Below, piece after piece: positions 27,546 to 42,062 of a DNA stretch of 64,000 nt. Location: the NCBI GenBank assembly GCA_951406725.2, contig OX597824.1:58466001-58530000 (forward strand), read 5' to 3'. This DNA comes from Octopus vulgaris (Eukaryota). The first letter of the stretch is position 1, and every line of letters starts with the position of its first letter. The notes beneath the pieces are model-generated. The model ran no database searches. It was given only the letters and a program-made list of their open reading frames with translations, and was not told the DNA's origin. A program made the position numbers and the translations under genes.

Positions 27546-28282
27546 ATATGTAAGTGTCAATTTATATTTGTCGAACAAGATATTAGTATTTCTTTATCAT
27601 TTCTTTATTCAACGTTGAATTCACATTTTTGTCTAACTTAATATCACATATCGATTCTTGTAGAAAATATGGGTACAATGACTCAAGATCTTTCTTTATC
27701 AACTGCAGCATACAACTAAAGATTGGCTATGTGAAAAAGATGGGTTTTGTTCCCCCATAATGTTTGATTTCCATGGAACACAAAAAGGAAATAGACAGAA
27801 AAACATTAGTTGATAAGACTACCATCGTCTCATGCAAATGATTCCACTAAAAGACTAACTATGGAAGCTTTAGTAATATAAAAACATAAAAACAACAATC
27901 AACAGATTCTTCATCTCAGCTACTTAAACCCAATGACAGACTGACAGTTACTGGCTACTGAGAGTAAGTAGAAATTAACAATTAGGTAGTTTAAGTTAAG
28001 CGAAGAAGAGTTTAACAGTTACATCATCATTTCAATTATCATGAATGTCTACGACGAATCGTAGCGATCAAACTCATTCACTTTATTCTGAACACAAGAT
28101 TGAGAAGGTCTTGAGACGTTAATGGACTTGGGTTTAATGTTCTGAATTCGATATAAAGCAGTAATAAAGAAATATAAAAGATCGTTAATAAAATATGATT
28201 CGCTGCCATTACAATCGTGTCTTCAATAAAACGTGCTAGAAAGAAAATATATTTCCAACACTTTCTTTCTCTCTCTCACCCC

Positions 28283-28329
<47 letters not shown>

Positions 28330-28936
28330 ATGTATAGATATACGTATATATATATATATATACATACGTACACACACAATATACATATATATAAATATAC
28401 ATACACACATATTATATGTGTCTGTGTGTGTGTTTGTGTGTGTATGCATGTATCTACGTATAAATGTGTGTATGTGTGTGTGTGCGCTCATATGTATCCA
28501 TGAATGGTTTTCATATGTATAAATTTTTCAGGATATGGAATGATATGGCATTCATTTCCGTACGAAACACCTAAAGAATTTATTATGCCAATCTGGGATT
28601 CAGGTGGCGAGATGAAGACACATAAACAGTAACTCCATGTTATTCAAATATATTTGGTGCCAACATTCTAACCAATAACACTATTTCAGCTAACTTTTCC
28701 TCAAAGTTTCTGCACTGAGTCTTGTATTTTTGCGTACAGGTGGTAATTCTTCTCACCGAATAAATCACTTAGTTCTACATTCCATTGATCCATCCATCCA
28801 TCCATCCATCCATCCATACATACATCCATACATACATACATACATACATACATACATACATACATACATACATACATACATACGTACGTACATACGTACA
28901 TGTATACATATATACAGAAATGCATATTGATATGTA

Positions 28937-29430
28937 TTTAAACAAAAATATTATTAACAGTGAGTCGAAGTCTCGGCCAGTTAAGCGATCGTCAGACAAA
29001 CTGAAGTTTATCTGGGCGTTATATAGTTTCTGTTGAGTTAAAATCTTCCTTGGGTTTGAATGCAGAAGTATTTATGTTTCAGGTTTAATCGTTATGGAGA
29101 GGTGTTTTGAGAAACTGTTATTGATTAAATTTCTGGTTGGGCTAATTGTTTAGAATTTATTGATGTATATAAAACTTTTTAAGCAAATGCGCATATTTAG
29201 GTGCTCTGAAAATCATCCCAATTTTAATCAACAAATATTTCTCCAAAATACCTTTCCATAACAACCCACTCTAAAACATAATTACCACACCACTCAAACC
29301 CACACACCCTAGGAAGATTTTAACCTGACAGAGAATATATAAAACCAAGATTAATTTCGATGCTTCGTAGTTCGACGATGGCTTAACTGCCCGAAACTTC
29401 GAAGTTATTTTCAATGATATTTTTGTTTAA
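28937..29430. repeat. Diverged inverted pair (~210-bp arms) of a hammerhead-bearing repeat end
   Basis: 28937-29140 reverse complement aligns to 29212-29430 (ggaagattttaac, gcttaactg, atatttttgtttaa). Confidence 0.75.
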
Positions 29431-29730
29431 GAGTAATAAATTTGTACTCCACAAAAGTTTGCACGTACATGTAGATGCGCACTCAAACACATATATACAT
29501 TATATATTCAGGTGCACACATGTATACACACATCTACATATACACGCATACGTATACCTACACACATGCATGTATACATACCCACACATCACAATACATG
29601 CATATATATATGTATATACACACACAGGTATTCACAAGGAAGAAATTAAGTAAAAGTATACACACATACTGATGCATATATCTGCTCATGCATACATATA
29701 TAAACATATATATACATACACACACACACA

Positions 29731-29780
<50 letters not shown>

Positions 29781-29783
<3 letters not shown>

Positions 29784-30686
29784 CAAATTTACAGAAAAAC
29801 AAAAGACGAAGGCAAGTGTATGAACAACAAGCAGGTTTATTTGATGGTCGGGAAAGTGAGAAAGTCTTTTTCGTTTCAAACCTACGCTCTTCAACAGTAA
29901 CGAATAAGAGAAGATAAACGGAGAGAAAACTTTTAAAAACTTGTGGGTTTAGCGGTCAAGCATGGCGACTGGTTGAAAAAAAACAAAGGTTTGACAGGAG
30001 AGGTAGAAAGAAGGGGAGATAATAAAGTATTGGTGATCCCCAAGCTAAGGTGCGAGTGCATGTGTGTGGATAGGGGCTAGTGACTTTGACGTGTGTATGT
30101 GTGTGTCTGTAATGTGTGGGTGTATAGTTGATGATGTGTGGGTGTGCGGATGATGGTGTGTGGTGGGTGCTTGGAAGTGGTCAGTACCAGTGTGTGTGTG
30201 GAGTGGTGTTAGGTGGTGTGGGGTAGGGTGTTATGTAGTGGGTAGTGTGGAGGTGTGCGGGGTTGTGTGTGGATGTGGGAGTAGGGAATGGGGATGTGGA
30301 TATGGGTGTGGATTGAGGGGGATCAATGAAGAGAGGTGGGTAGGAGTGAAGAAAGGAAGTAGTTGTCAGAGGAAGAGAGGGGAGGTGTGGAGGGTAGGAG
30401 TGAAGAGAGGAAGTAGGTGCCAGATGAAGAGAGGAAAGGAGGGGAGTCAGATGAAGAGAAGGGAGTTGAGTCCATTAAGAATAAAGGAGCAAAGAGAGAA
30501 AATTAATTCTTGTTCACGGCGAAGGTGGGAGTCCGGAAGGCCCCTGTGCAAAGACAATCCGAACTCAGACAGGTATTGGTAGTGAATGACCGTTAGAGTG
30601 GAAATGGCGCGAGACCCGGGGTGTCATTGCCGAGTCTGATGTCCCCGCGAACTGATCAGCTAAGTGGCGTCCCGTTTGACCGATGT
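29781..30686 (-). mobile_element. Penelope-like element 3' part (GIY-YIG endonuclease end plus 3' UTR)
   Basis: YIGQTGRHLADQFA, VSRHFHSNGHS, LRREQELIFSLCSFILNGLN; stop at 30447-30449; decayed hammerhead at 29866-29900; microsatellites at both ends. Confidence 0.85.
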
Positions 30687-30710
30687 ACACACACACACAC
30701 ACACACGCAC

Positions 30711-30772
<62 letters not shown>

Positions 30773-31321
30773 GTGTGTGTGCATACAACTAGCATCAAGT
30801 AAATTTGATTGATGGTATGCGTGTGGGTAATTTAAATGTAATTTAAATTCTAAGATCTTCCATAGATAATCCGAAGTGAATGCATTGAAGAAACTTTGTT
30901 ACAGAAAATTTATTGAATATTTAAGTTTAACTAACATCTACAAAACTTGAAAACTTTTCACATCAAGAGACCATAGTTATGCCTCAACTAAAGAACGATA
31001 TGATGAAAATAATCACCAAATCTCTTTCAAATTACAAGCACCTAGTTTAAAGAATGGCATAATAATTAACATAACCATAACGACGAGATGTTCATGGCTG
31101 AAATGTTTTTGAAGAATACGTTTCCTCGACAACAGATTACCTGTTCCTAAGCAACTTTTGATCGAAAATCGGAGATATATATAATTAAATCGTAGAATCC
31201 TGTAATACAATTACTGGAATGAGTCAGGCGTTACTAGGGCAAATATTTCACAAACGGGAATAACTTTTATGAACGATTAATAGCTTAAGGTTTCGTGCAG
31301 AAAATGTTTGTTGTAGTCGTC

Positions 31322-31368
<47 letters not shown>

Positions 31369-33217
31369 GACAGACAGACAGACAGACAGAAAGAGAAGGG
31401 TGAGAAAGGAGAGAGATTGTTTACTGGTGTTGCTAGCTAAATATGTTTGGAATAGTGAAAGTTAGAAAAATTGTTACAATAACGAAAAATGACGGATGCG
31501 AGGGAAGTAAAGATCAAAGCAAAGAAAAATGCAAAAAGAATGTTGGCATGCTTAAAAAGCATTGAGAAGGGGGAAGTAAGAGCAGAAAAATATTTTACAG
31601 ACATGTACATGCGAGGCGGTGCACAAGCATGGCTGCAGTCATATGACTGAAGCAAATAAAGGAAATACCCAAATGCATATATTCATTTTAGGAATTGTGA
31701 AGTTCGAAATATATATACATATTCTTTTATTCTATTATTCTTTTAATTGTTTCAGTCATTTAACTGCGGCCATGCTGGGGCACCGCCTTTAGTCAAACAA
31801 ATCGACACCATGACATATCACCGTCTTTAAAAAAGATCCATTGAAGAATGTAATCTTTGGTACATTATACCCTGAACAAAAGACAGGATAACCATAGCTG
31901 AAGCATCTTTAATCATTGGATTGTTCGGCCAGGTTCGGCTTGGCATTCAACAAGATCATTTCTATACCGATTATATAGTCAGTTATTTTTCAATTAACAA
32001 CTGAAAATTTCCAGGTCAATTCGAATAGTACCTTTCTAATTCATGCAATTAATTTGTTTCGGAGTATCGATTTGAAAAGACAGCTGATTATATACAAATA
32101 TTAATGTAACTTCTGAACGGAGTGAAATAGGATTGTTCATCAGAAATACAATGATGCAGAAGGAGTGCGGGTAAGAGATTAAGAAAGACAGAGAAAGAGA
32201 GGAGCTGGAGAGAAGTGGGGAGCTCGTGTAAGAAGAGTAAGGTTTCATGTGTTAATGCAACGCAAAAAATGAGGAAGAAAGGGCAAAAAATCAGATGGAG
32301 AATGAAACCAGATATTGAGATGTATATAAGAGTGAATGAGTGTCAGAGATAAAGTGGTAAAAAGATAGAGAGAAAGGGAAATAGATGTACGTGTGTGCAT
32401 GGAGGAGAGTGAAAGACAAAAAGAACATTGTATATATTTGAGACATAACAGTGGACCGATAGTTATAGAAAGAGAGCGGAAATGAAAGGGAGAGAGAGAG
32501 AGAGAGAGAGAGAAGGGGGAGAAAGTGTATAAAGAACATGCAAGAAGGAAAGCAAAGAGCTTTGATAGGAATGGAAAGCATAAACGGGGTATGAATAATA
32601 AAGAGAATGATCATAAGTGAATGAGAAAGAAATATAAATGCGAGAGGAGTAATAGGAGTGAGCATATATTAAAGAAAGCAAAGTGTAAATAGTGTAAGGG
32701 AGAGAGAGAAATTTTAATATTTTCAAATGACAAAGAGAGTAGAAGAAATTGCATGAAAAGAACAGGGCGTGAACGGTGGTGTATAGTAAGTATGAAAGAA
32801 AAGTAAAAACTTGATGAAATGAGAAAATAAAAGAAAAAAGAAAATAGAACAGAAACATAAAATGATGGATTAATATAGGGAAATACAAACAAGGAAAACA
32901 GCGAGAGGTTAAATAAAATGAGACGATATGAAATGCAAGACTGGCATTCATGTTTGTAGATATGTAAGAGAGAAACTTTAGGTTAACTCTTATGCATGGC
33001 TGCATTAATTAATGGATAGAAAGAGTGCTGCTGTTTCTACATTTATCTAGATATTTGTATGTGGTTGTATGTATTTTTATTTGTTAAACAATGGTCGGTG
33101 CATATATGTGTATTTCACCAGTGAACCTTTCAATATCTGTACTTATGTAGGCTTGCACGCACCCACAAGCACACATACACACGCATACATATACATATAC
33201 ACACGTATATACACACG

Positions 33218-33282
<65 letters not shown>

Positions 33283-33972
33283 TAATGTTTGTTTTATGAT
33301 CAGTTATAATACAAACAATTTTACATATATATGTGTATGCTTGTGCATATATGTATATTTGTGTGTGGTGCATATATATATATACACATACATATATACA
33401 TATATACACACATATATACACATAAATATTCATATATATGTGTTTGTGTGCGTGTGGGTGTGTTTGTTTCTATGTTCAGATATAATAAAACTAGAGAGAG
33501 GGACATGAACGAAAGAAAGGCTGTTACCATGATAACGATGAGGCTTCAGGGACGAAGAAATATACAAAGACAACATAACTGAAGGCTTCAAGCAAAGTAG
33601 GCTGAAACGTCAACTGGCACCAACAGATTCTTTGAATGAGAACATTTTAGGTATTTTGATATCACTAAACCGACGTGCGATTATATATAATATATGCACA
33701 CACGCGCTTACACACGTACACACATGCGCGCGCACACATACACACGCACACACACGCGCGCGCACATACACATGCACACGCACACACACACACACACACA
33801 GAGTCATAGAATTCTCTTTACGAATTTCACATGATTTCGCCCTAAATTTTAAGGAGAATATTTTCTGAATAAATTATGTAACACTGATTGTGACGATGTA
33901 TCGAGTCCATCATCTGATTCTTAAAAATTTAGAATATCTTTGTACGATTTTGTGTGTATATGTATATATGTA

Positions 33973-34055
<83 letters not shown>

Positions 34056-34088
34056 GTATCAAAAGAAAAACAGGACGCAAAGGTTTTT

Positions 34089-34175
34089 GCGGTACATATG
34101 TTTCGGGCTTTATTGAACAACTTATATCAATGCATAATTGATATAACAGGTAGGTCATAAGCCTTCTTCAGCCGC
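34089..34175 (-). ncRNA. Type I hammerhead ribozyme motif
   Basis: gcgg-CUGAAGA-a-ggctt...(10-bp inner hairpin)...aagcc-c-GAAA-catatg-UA-ccgc; palindromic ACAUAUGU. Confidence 0.8.
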
Positions 34176-34329
34176 GTACAATTACCACACCAAAGACATG
34201 TATCACATTATAGCATGTTTGAGAAAAAGTTTGGGAAAAAGCCGAGTTTCATTGGGAAAGTAAATCCTCATAGGCGTATATGGCATTGCGAGACACCAAA
34301 ACAAAACGTCCATATCGTTTTCTCACTCG

Positions 34330-34443
<114 letters not shown>

Positions 34444-34473
34444 AAATAAGAAACAGGATATCAAGATGTGATG

Positions 34474-34555
34474 CAGTACGACATTTTCAAGCGACTCCAT
34501 TTAATTGAACAACACAATGATTACATCAATTTAAATGCAGGGCTATCCTCAGCTG
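34474..34555 (-). ncRNA. Type I hammerhead motif, diverged paralog of 34089
   Basis: cag-CUGAGGA-tagc...long stem II...gctt-GAAA-atgtcg-UA-ctg; stem III imperfect. Confidence 0.6.
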
Positions 34556-35036
34556 TATAAATAAATAGAATTTTTTAATCAATTGGATACATTAATATAA
34601 TTTTAATCAAATTCTCTAATAGAGCAAGTAGGGGAAAGAGTCCATGTTGCTACTAATGTAGCTAAGAATATTACTACTCTTCTAAGAACTGTATGAAGTT
34701 AGTTGTGGTCATAACTTGTAAAGGATTGTGGTTTATTTTTAATTTATTAGTCTTTTTTTTATCAACGACCATCTGACCCGTCCGTGTTTTTTCTTGTCCC
34801 TCTTTTGTATCATCCGTCTGGATGTTTCGTTGTCCCTTTTTTGTATCATCTAGCTGTCTGGGTGTTTTGCATTCTTGTCCCATTTTCAGTATTCCTTTTT
34901 TTTATACATGTGGCGGCGTACGTACACTTTGGTCTCTTATATGTAAGTACTCTCTTTCATTTTTCTTTCATTTTTCTCTTGCCTCCCCTTAATTCTTCTA
35001 TCCCTCTGCCTTTACCTCTCTCTCTCTTTCTCTCTT

Positions 35037-35083
<47 letters not shown>

Positions 35084-35169
35084 ATCTCTCTCTCTCTCTC
35101 TTCTGGCCAGGCCTGATCTTTCTTCCTTGGTTGGACTACTGTCCGTGCAACATCTATATTCCTTCCTGT

Positions 35170-35540
35170 GCTTGTTAAATTCTATGTCCCTGTCGTAAGA
35201 CTTTACTTCCACACACGCCAGCTTAATTTAATTCGTCCTTAGTCGAAAGACACCTGTTGTTATGTCCTGTTATTTGCATTTGTATTTGTGTACCATTTCT
35301 CTGTTTATTTTTCCGTCCTTGTTTTCGTATAAATTCGGTGCTTCCTTCCAAGCTCTAAGCTTAGTTTTTCCTTGAGACTGGCCAGATTGGAGCAATTTCG
35401 AGTATAAGCAGTTGAAATTGCAAAGAAAATCTGGAACTCGACTGAGGAAATAAAACTTCGAATGACTCGTCCATGTTTTTTCTTTTGTATCATCTGTCTG
35501 GATGTTTTGCGTTCTTGCCCCATTTTTTGCATTCCTTTAT
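35170..35540 (+). repeat. Interspersed (TA)n-adjacent repeat, same family as 19281-19690
   Basis: Alignment by eye; a partial further copy lies near 34770-34910. Confidence 0.7.
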
Positions 35541-35555
35541 ATATATATAAACAAA

Positions 35556-35616
<61 letters not shown>

Positions 35617-35719
35617 TGTTATTATATTATTGATGTGTTTCAGTCCGAGGTTTGTGGCCATGCCGGAGCAGCATCAGTGTAATCACCCTTTAATTTTGCA
35701 ATTCTATGTGATTGGCTTG

Positions 35720-36540
35720 TGGTGAAGGAGAGAGTTCGACATTGCTGCCCTCTTTTGAGTTTCTTCTTTTGATATTGGTTCATCTGAGATCTTGGACAAG
35801 TGGTCAAGTTGTTTCGTGAAAACATCTACTCACCTCCACTATATGGAGATCTCTCAGATGCTTTGGCAAGGCGTTAAATAGCTGTGGTACCTGAAATCCC
35901 AAGTTATTGCAGTACATGGTCCTCACTTTTGATGTGACAGCTGGGACATCAGAAACAGTGCAGTGACGTCAATTTCAAGGTCTGGTAAAACTCTCAATTC
36001 CAAAGATTGGTGCCAGACCCTCTTGTATCTTCCACACATATATCTGTGCATACCTCTCTCGTCCTCGCTCCAGAGAGTAGATTCGTAGCTCTTTCAGCAT
36101 CTTCCAGTAGCTCAGCTTTTCCATTGATGCAATCTTCTTTGTGCAGCATCGCTGAACCTCCCCAAATTCCGATATTAATGCAGAACTCTAAATTGAACAT
36201 AGTTTAGAGCAGTAGTCCAGACGGCTGAGGACAAATGTCGTCCATAGGACTAGCATAGTTTCCTGGCCTCTTGTTTTGAAGATTCTCAGAATCCATCCGG
36301 CCGTTCACCTGCACATTGCTACCATATTGTTGATATGCATGTGTAACGAAGCATCGTTACTCATATCAATCACAAGATTACGCACCGTATGTGATTCTGG
36401 GATTGCCGCTCCTTTTAGTCCAAAGTGTTGTTGTTGCGACTTCTCAGCACTAATTAGCTGGTAGCGGAGGACGTGAAATTTGCTGGCATTAAATTGTATG
36501 CTGTTGTCCTCAGCCTATTTATGTATGGCATCTAGGCCTT
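35720..36540 (-). mobile_element. CR1-clade LINE 3' fragment
   Basis: RERYAQIYVWKILEGLVP and PQLFNALPKHLRDL in broken frames. Confidence 0.75.
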
Positions 36541-36550
36541 TCTGTATATG

Positions 36551-36820
36551 TATGTATATGTTCCAGTTATATACATAGACACTCATATATATACATATTT
36601 ATGTGCGTATATACCAGTGTGCGTATGTGTATAACTGAATATATACTTATATACTCATACATACATACTGATATACATATTTATACATATATTTATATAT
36701 CAGTATGTATGTATGAGTATATAAGTATATATTCAGTTATACACATACGCACACTGGTATATACGCACATAAATATGTATATATATGAGTGTCTATGTAT
36801 ATAACTGGAACATATACATA
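36551..36820. repeat. Perfect inverted repeat, 125-bp arms, 20-nt spacer
   Basis: 36551-36675 is the exact reverse complement of 36696-36820. Confidence 0.95.
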
Positions 36821-36884
36821 AATAGATGGATAGATAGATAGAGAGATACATGGTGGACCAAAAGTCCTGTACCAAAGCATTGGA

Positions 36885-37510
36885 TATTTTATACAGAGGT
36901 CTTTATTGTGCTCCTGGGCCTTCCCTTGAGCTTGTTAACAACTGAATATCATATCCACTGTCTCTCGACCTGACCTAAATCCACACTGACTCTCTAGATA
37001 GACAAAACTGATTAAGTCAGCGTTAATTCCTTTAATATGACTCTAGAGATGATTTTTCCTGCAATTGAGAGTAGCAATATGCCACGATGATAGTCACATG
37101 CACATTTATTGCCTTAATATGGTATAGACATTACAATAGTTGCTTCTTTAAATTGCTGAGGGATAGTTCCTATTTGAAAAAATTAGACTATATGTTTTGT
37201 CTATTTAAACACTTTCCACTGCATTTAATAATTTCTCTAGGAATACCATCCTCTCCTGGAGCTTTTCCATTTGTCAATTGCTTGCATACTCATTTCACTT
37301 CATCAAAAAATGGATCCTACGCAAGCGAAGCAATAACTAGGCTTTGGGGAATGTTACTGATTGAGATAATGTCTATGCTTGTGTCGCTATCGAATGCATC
37401 ATTAAAATGTTCTGCCCAGTGTTTCAATGTGTCATTACTGTCTGTGACAAGATTCTCGTATGTGGCATTTGTTGACCTACAAAAGCGTTTGAATTTGTAT
37501 GTCGGTGGGT
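36885..37510 (-). mobile_element. RTE-clade LINE, inverted 5' segment
   Basis: HWAEHFN, GKAPGEDGIP, RGILLLSIAGKI, ESQCGFR. Confidence 0.85.
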
Positions 37511-38640
37511 TTTGTGGTATTAGCAAAGCACGGGATTCAATGCTATATGCCATAGTGTCCCTACATAAAGGAGTGAAGGCACCTGCTCTCTCAGTAAGTC
37601 TTATCCTTTTGATGTTAAAAATGATGCAAAACAAGGTTGCACTTTTGCACCGGTATTATTTGCACTATTCTTTGCAGTTATGCTGGATTTTGTATTTTCT
37701 GATGTAGTAGAGGGTGTGTTCCTTGAATGTAGGACAACGAGTGGCATTCTCAACCAACATCGTTTTGCCCGATGATTGCATCCTAGTTGCTCATGCATAC
37801 AAGGATATTCAGCACATCATTAATAGAGTCGCAGCAGCAACCAGATCTTTTGACTTAACTGTCAACATAGAAAGCACTAAACTGTTGTATCACCCACTTT
37901 TTGGTAACAATCTAGAAATCATGCCCAGCGTATTTGTTGAAGACAAAGCTCTGAAAACTATTGATACTTTCATATATTTGGGTTCTGCAGTAACAATTCT
38001 AAACTCGATAAGGTGGTCCAAATTCATACTGGAAAGGCCAATACAGCTGTTAAGAAGCTTTATGATCGACTTTGGTTTGCCGATAATGTCTCAGTAAGGA
38101 TAAAATGGATGTGTATGAGTAATTTTCCTAAAAAATCTTTTATATGGATGCTTCATCGTAGGCACATCAGTCAACTGAACATCTTTCATATGAGATGTCT
38201 TAGGCAAATATGCAAGGCTGAGTGGGATATTAGATTGAACAATAGCACAAGCTTGGAAATGAGTTGAATACACGGTGTAGAAGCTTTCTTAATCAGTCTT
38301 ATGCGAGGGCGTGGACGCATCCTTCGCGTGAATAGTGGCTGAATATAAAAAAAAAAATTTTATGGTCAGCTTATAAATTCCCGAGGTAATGTTGGCCGGT
38401 CACTTCTACGGTATAAGGACAAATTCAAAGATAATTTAAAACGCCTGAATATTAGGAAAGAAAACTTTGAGAATATTGCGTGAAACCATCCAGACTAGAG
38501 GAGAGAGTACTTTTTCCCAACTTTTGAAACTAAAAGGGTACTTTATCAATAGCAGTTACGGGAAAACAAGAAAAGAAACCAACAGAACACGTGTTCCCGC
38601 AAACCAGCATTGTACACATTGTGATTTCTCAACTAGATCA
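37500..38640 (+). mobile_element. RTE-clade LINE, 3' segment
   Basis: KQGCTFAPVLF, PDDCILVAH, FIYLGS, FHMRCLRQI, FYGQL, GRSLLRYKD. Confidence 0.85.
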
Positions 38641-39055
38641 TGAGCTAATATCCATATTGCTTTGGTGGCCTGATGACTCAAATGAGGAGTCACCAGGTGA
38701 AGGGAATGAATTGTAAACATTCGTGAACATAGTGATAGTAATTCCTCGAATTCTTGTCTGTCTTCTCGCTGAACACTCAACCATCGTCTTCGACAAGATA
38801 ATCGAAAACGCTCACTCACACTAGAAAGAAACTTCTTCCAAAAAGATTAGTAACATTCTGATAAAGAATTTACAACTTTAAAGAAAATAATAATTTCTTA
38901 AAGAAATCTATTTTGTACTTGGTAAAACTGTATCGAATAAATTTCACAAAGACTTTTAAATACATACATACATACATACATACATACATACATACATACA
39001 TACATAAACACAAACATACACATACATACACACATATATACACATACATACATGC

Positions 39056-39097
<42 letters not shown>

Positions 39098-40157
39098 CAT
39101 ATATATATATTATACACATATATGCATACATACATGCATATATATATATATATACACGTCCATATACAACTTCCTGTTATCTCTTCTATACTCATTATCA
39201 TGTTATGCACTATGGTTCTCGTACATTGTTTCCTGTGTATTCCTTTACTCTTGTGGCTCTCCATCTCCCTCTGTTCCCAGTACCTCTTTCTCACTTCTAC
39301 CTTACTCTTCTATCCCCACCCAAATACCTTATATCTGCCATTAAACAAATCCCATCTTCGACTCCAACTCCCTAATTTACATTCTTGCATTCCTCTTTTC
39401 TCAAATTATATTGCAGTTTATCTTTGCCTTTTGCAGCAAATATCTCCCAATCTCTCTTTCTTTCTTTCTCTCTCTCTCTCTCTCATTCACTCAATCACTT
39501 TCTCACGCTTTTTCTTAATTCCTTTCAATAAATATTTCTCTTTCACTATTTTCGTAAATGTTTTCTTATGAAACACACATACATATACATTCGCTCACAC
39601 ACGCACTGTCTGTCTGTTTCACTCTTTCTCTGGCTCTCACTCTCTCTTTCTTTCTCTCTTTCTTTCTTCTCTCTCTTACTTTCTTTCTTCCTTTCCTTCC
39701 TTCCTTCCTTCCCACCTTTCCAGTTCTCTCTTTGTATATATGCACGTGTGTGTGTGAGCGTGCGTTCGTATGTGTATGTGTGTGTGTGTATGCGTGTGCG
39801 TGCGTTCGTGTATGTATGTGTGTGTACGTGTCTGTGTATCTGTTTAGTAAATGTATGTTTTACTCCCCCTCTCTCTTTCTCTCTCCCCCTCACCCTCTCT
39901 CCCTCTCTCTCTCTCTCTCTGTCAGTTCAACTAACTGTATTTAGCAGGCTTATACGCCACATGGCTGTCCAAAATCTTTCAGAATCGCTTGTTTCAACAT
40001 TCTCAATATTTTTCCTTCCTCCTCAACATCCATCTGGTTTATATTCTCTCAAGTAATTCCAGTCAAAATTCAGTTCCCAAAAGACGAATTTTTTTGAAAA
40101 CATGCGATTTACAGAAGTTTCTGGAATGTAGCATTTCTGCCTGTGCAACGTTGACTA

Positions 40158-40242
<85 letters not shown>

Positions 40243-40757
40243 GTTATTATTATTAATTTGTTCCGCTTCTTCTTTTCTGTTCCAATCTTCTCTACTTTCA
40301 TCCTCTGCTTTTTGCCCTTCTAACTAGTTTTCTTGTTTTCGTCAACTCTTTTCTTGGTTACTTATACTTAAACACCTCCCCCCCACACACACACAACCAT
40401 AACTATGAAAATATTTACGTGACAAGCAGTTTAATCTCAAGTGGGGAAATCTTCGGACAATCGATAAATTATTATATTATATGATAGTCAAGCATCGTAA
40501 GGTGGTTAAGAAGTCACTTCAAAATCATGTTCAGTCCCACTGCATAATATCTAGGAGAACATTTCTTTTACTATGGTCCCAGGCTTGACTGGCAAATGTC
40601 ATGTGAGTGAATTTGCTAGACTTTGCGGAAGCTGGCGTTTATATATATATACGCATGTATGTATATATGTATACATATATATGTGTGTATATATATAAGT
40701 ATATGATGTGTGTGTATGTGAGTGAGTGTATATATGTATATATATGTATATATACAT

Positions 40758-41138
40758 ATGGAAGCACTCCGTCGGTTACGACGACGAGGGTTCCGGTTGA
40801 TCCGATCAACGGAACAGCCTGCTCGTGAAATTAACGTGTAAGTGGCTGAGCACTCCACAGACACGTGTACCCTAAACGTAGTTCTCGGGGATATTCAGCG
40901 TGACACAGAGAGTGACAAGGCCGGCCCTTTGAAATACAGGTACAACAGAAACAGAAAGTAAGAGTGAGAGAAAGTTGTGGTGAAAGAGTACAGCAGGGGT
41001 CACCACCATCCCTGCCGGAGTCTCGTGGAGCATAGGTGTTTTCGCTCAATAAACACTCACAACGCCCGGTCTGGGAATCGAAACCGCGATCCTACGACCG
41101 CGAGTCCGCTGCCCTAACCACTGGGCTATTGCGCCTCC
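40758..41138 (-). mobile_element. tRNA-derived SINE family C, full length
   Basis: Head ggaggcgcaatagcccagtggttagggcagcggactcgcgg...gtttcgattccc with A and B boxes and a tRNA-Arg-like TCG loop. Confidence 0.85.
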
Positions 41139-41166
41139 ACATATATACATATATATATATATATAT

Positions 41167-41200
<34 letters not shown>

Positions 41201-41205
<5 letters not shown>

Positions 41206-41395
41206 TAATCCAAACAAGAAAACAAAAACAAAAAAACAACAACGCAAGGACGTGGAACAAATAAAGTATTATTGGACACTCAGGAAAGAAGGGAAGAAGG
41301 AGGATTTGACGTTTCGAGCGGAGCTCTTCGTCGGAAACATAGGAGAAGGGAAGACAGGGGATAAAAATCGCTAGTGATACAGACGAGGTCACATA
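41201..41395 (-). mobile_element. Short (TA)n-inserted repeat with minimal hammerhead (family shared with 60114-60320)
   Basis: Hammerhead at 41304-41338: gttt-CCGACGA-a-gagc(tcc)gctc-GAAA-cg-UC-aaat. Confidence 0.7.
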
Positions 41396-41920
41396 CTAAA
41401 TCGATTAAGGAAACGAAAGGTGGATTAAGTATTAATCTTTATTTTGTACGATGATCATTTCAATCGTCGTAACGGAATGAAGACTAATTCCAAATCCATC
41501 TTCTGTCCCCTTAATCGATTATTATTTCAGCTAACACTGTAGAATTCCTGAAGTAAATCCAACGGGAAAATACCCCCAACTGCGGATGACACCAGGTAGC
41601 CCAAACCATGAAAATGCTTTACTCAATTTATATACAACAATTAGTCCAAAATTTACACACACACACAAATACAATCACACACACAAACATATATACATAT
41701 GTATGTATACACATATATATGATATGTATTAATTGTACTACGCTACCTCAGATATACTTGTTGCTTATTTTGATTATAATCACCTCATTTGACTTATATG
41801 GATAATACCATACAACATTCTGGTGCCTTTGACTTAAGTACCATATTCATCTGAATCTAAATTTTGTTGATATTATATATATTATATATGTATGGATGGA
41901 TGTATCTATCAATCTATCTA

Positions 41921-41969
<49 letters not shown>

Positions 41970-42062
41970 CTAGATAGGTAGATAGATAGATGCAGATATG
42001 TGCGCGCTGTGCTTAAATCTTTTGTGAGGATACCCAAGATATCCAGACTCACAGAGAATGAG

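Noticed and set aside
33569-33615. ctgaagg...gaaacgtc hammerhead-like string
   Set aside because: Core incomplete and no stem I pairing
41060-41138. tRNA gene
   Set aside because: No acceptor stem or terminator; it is the head of a SINE
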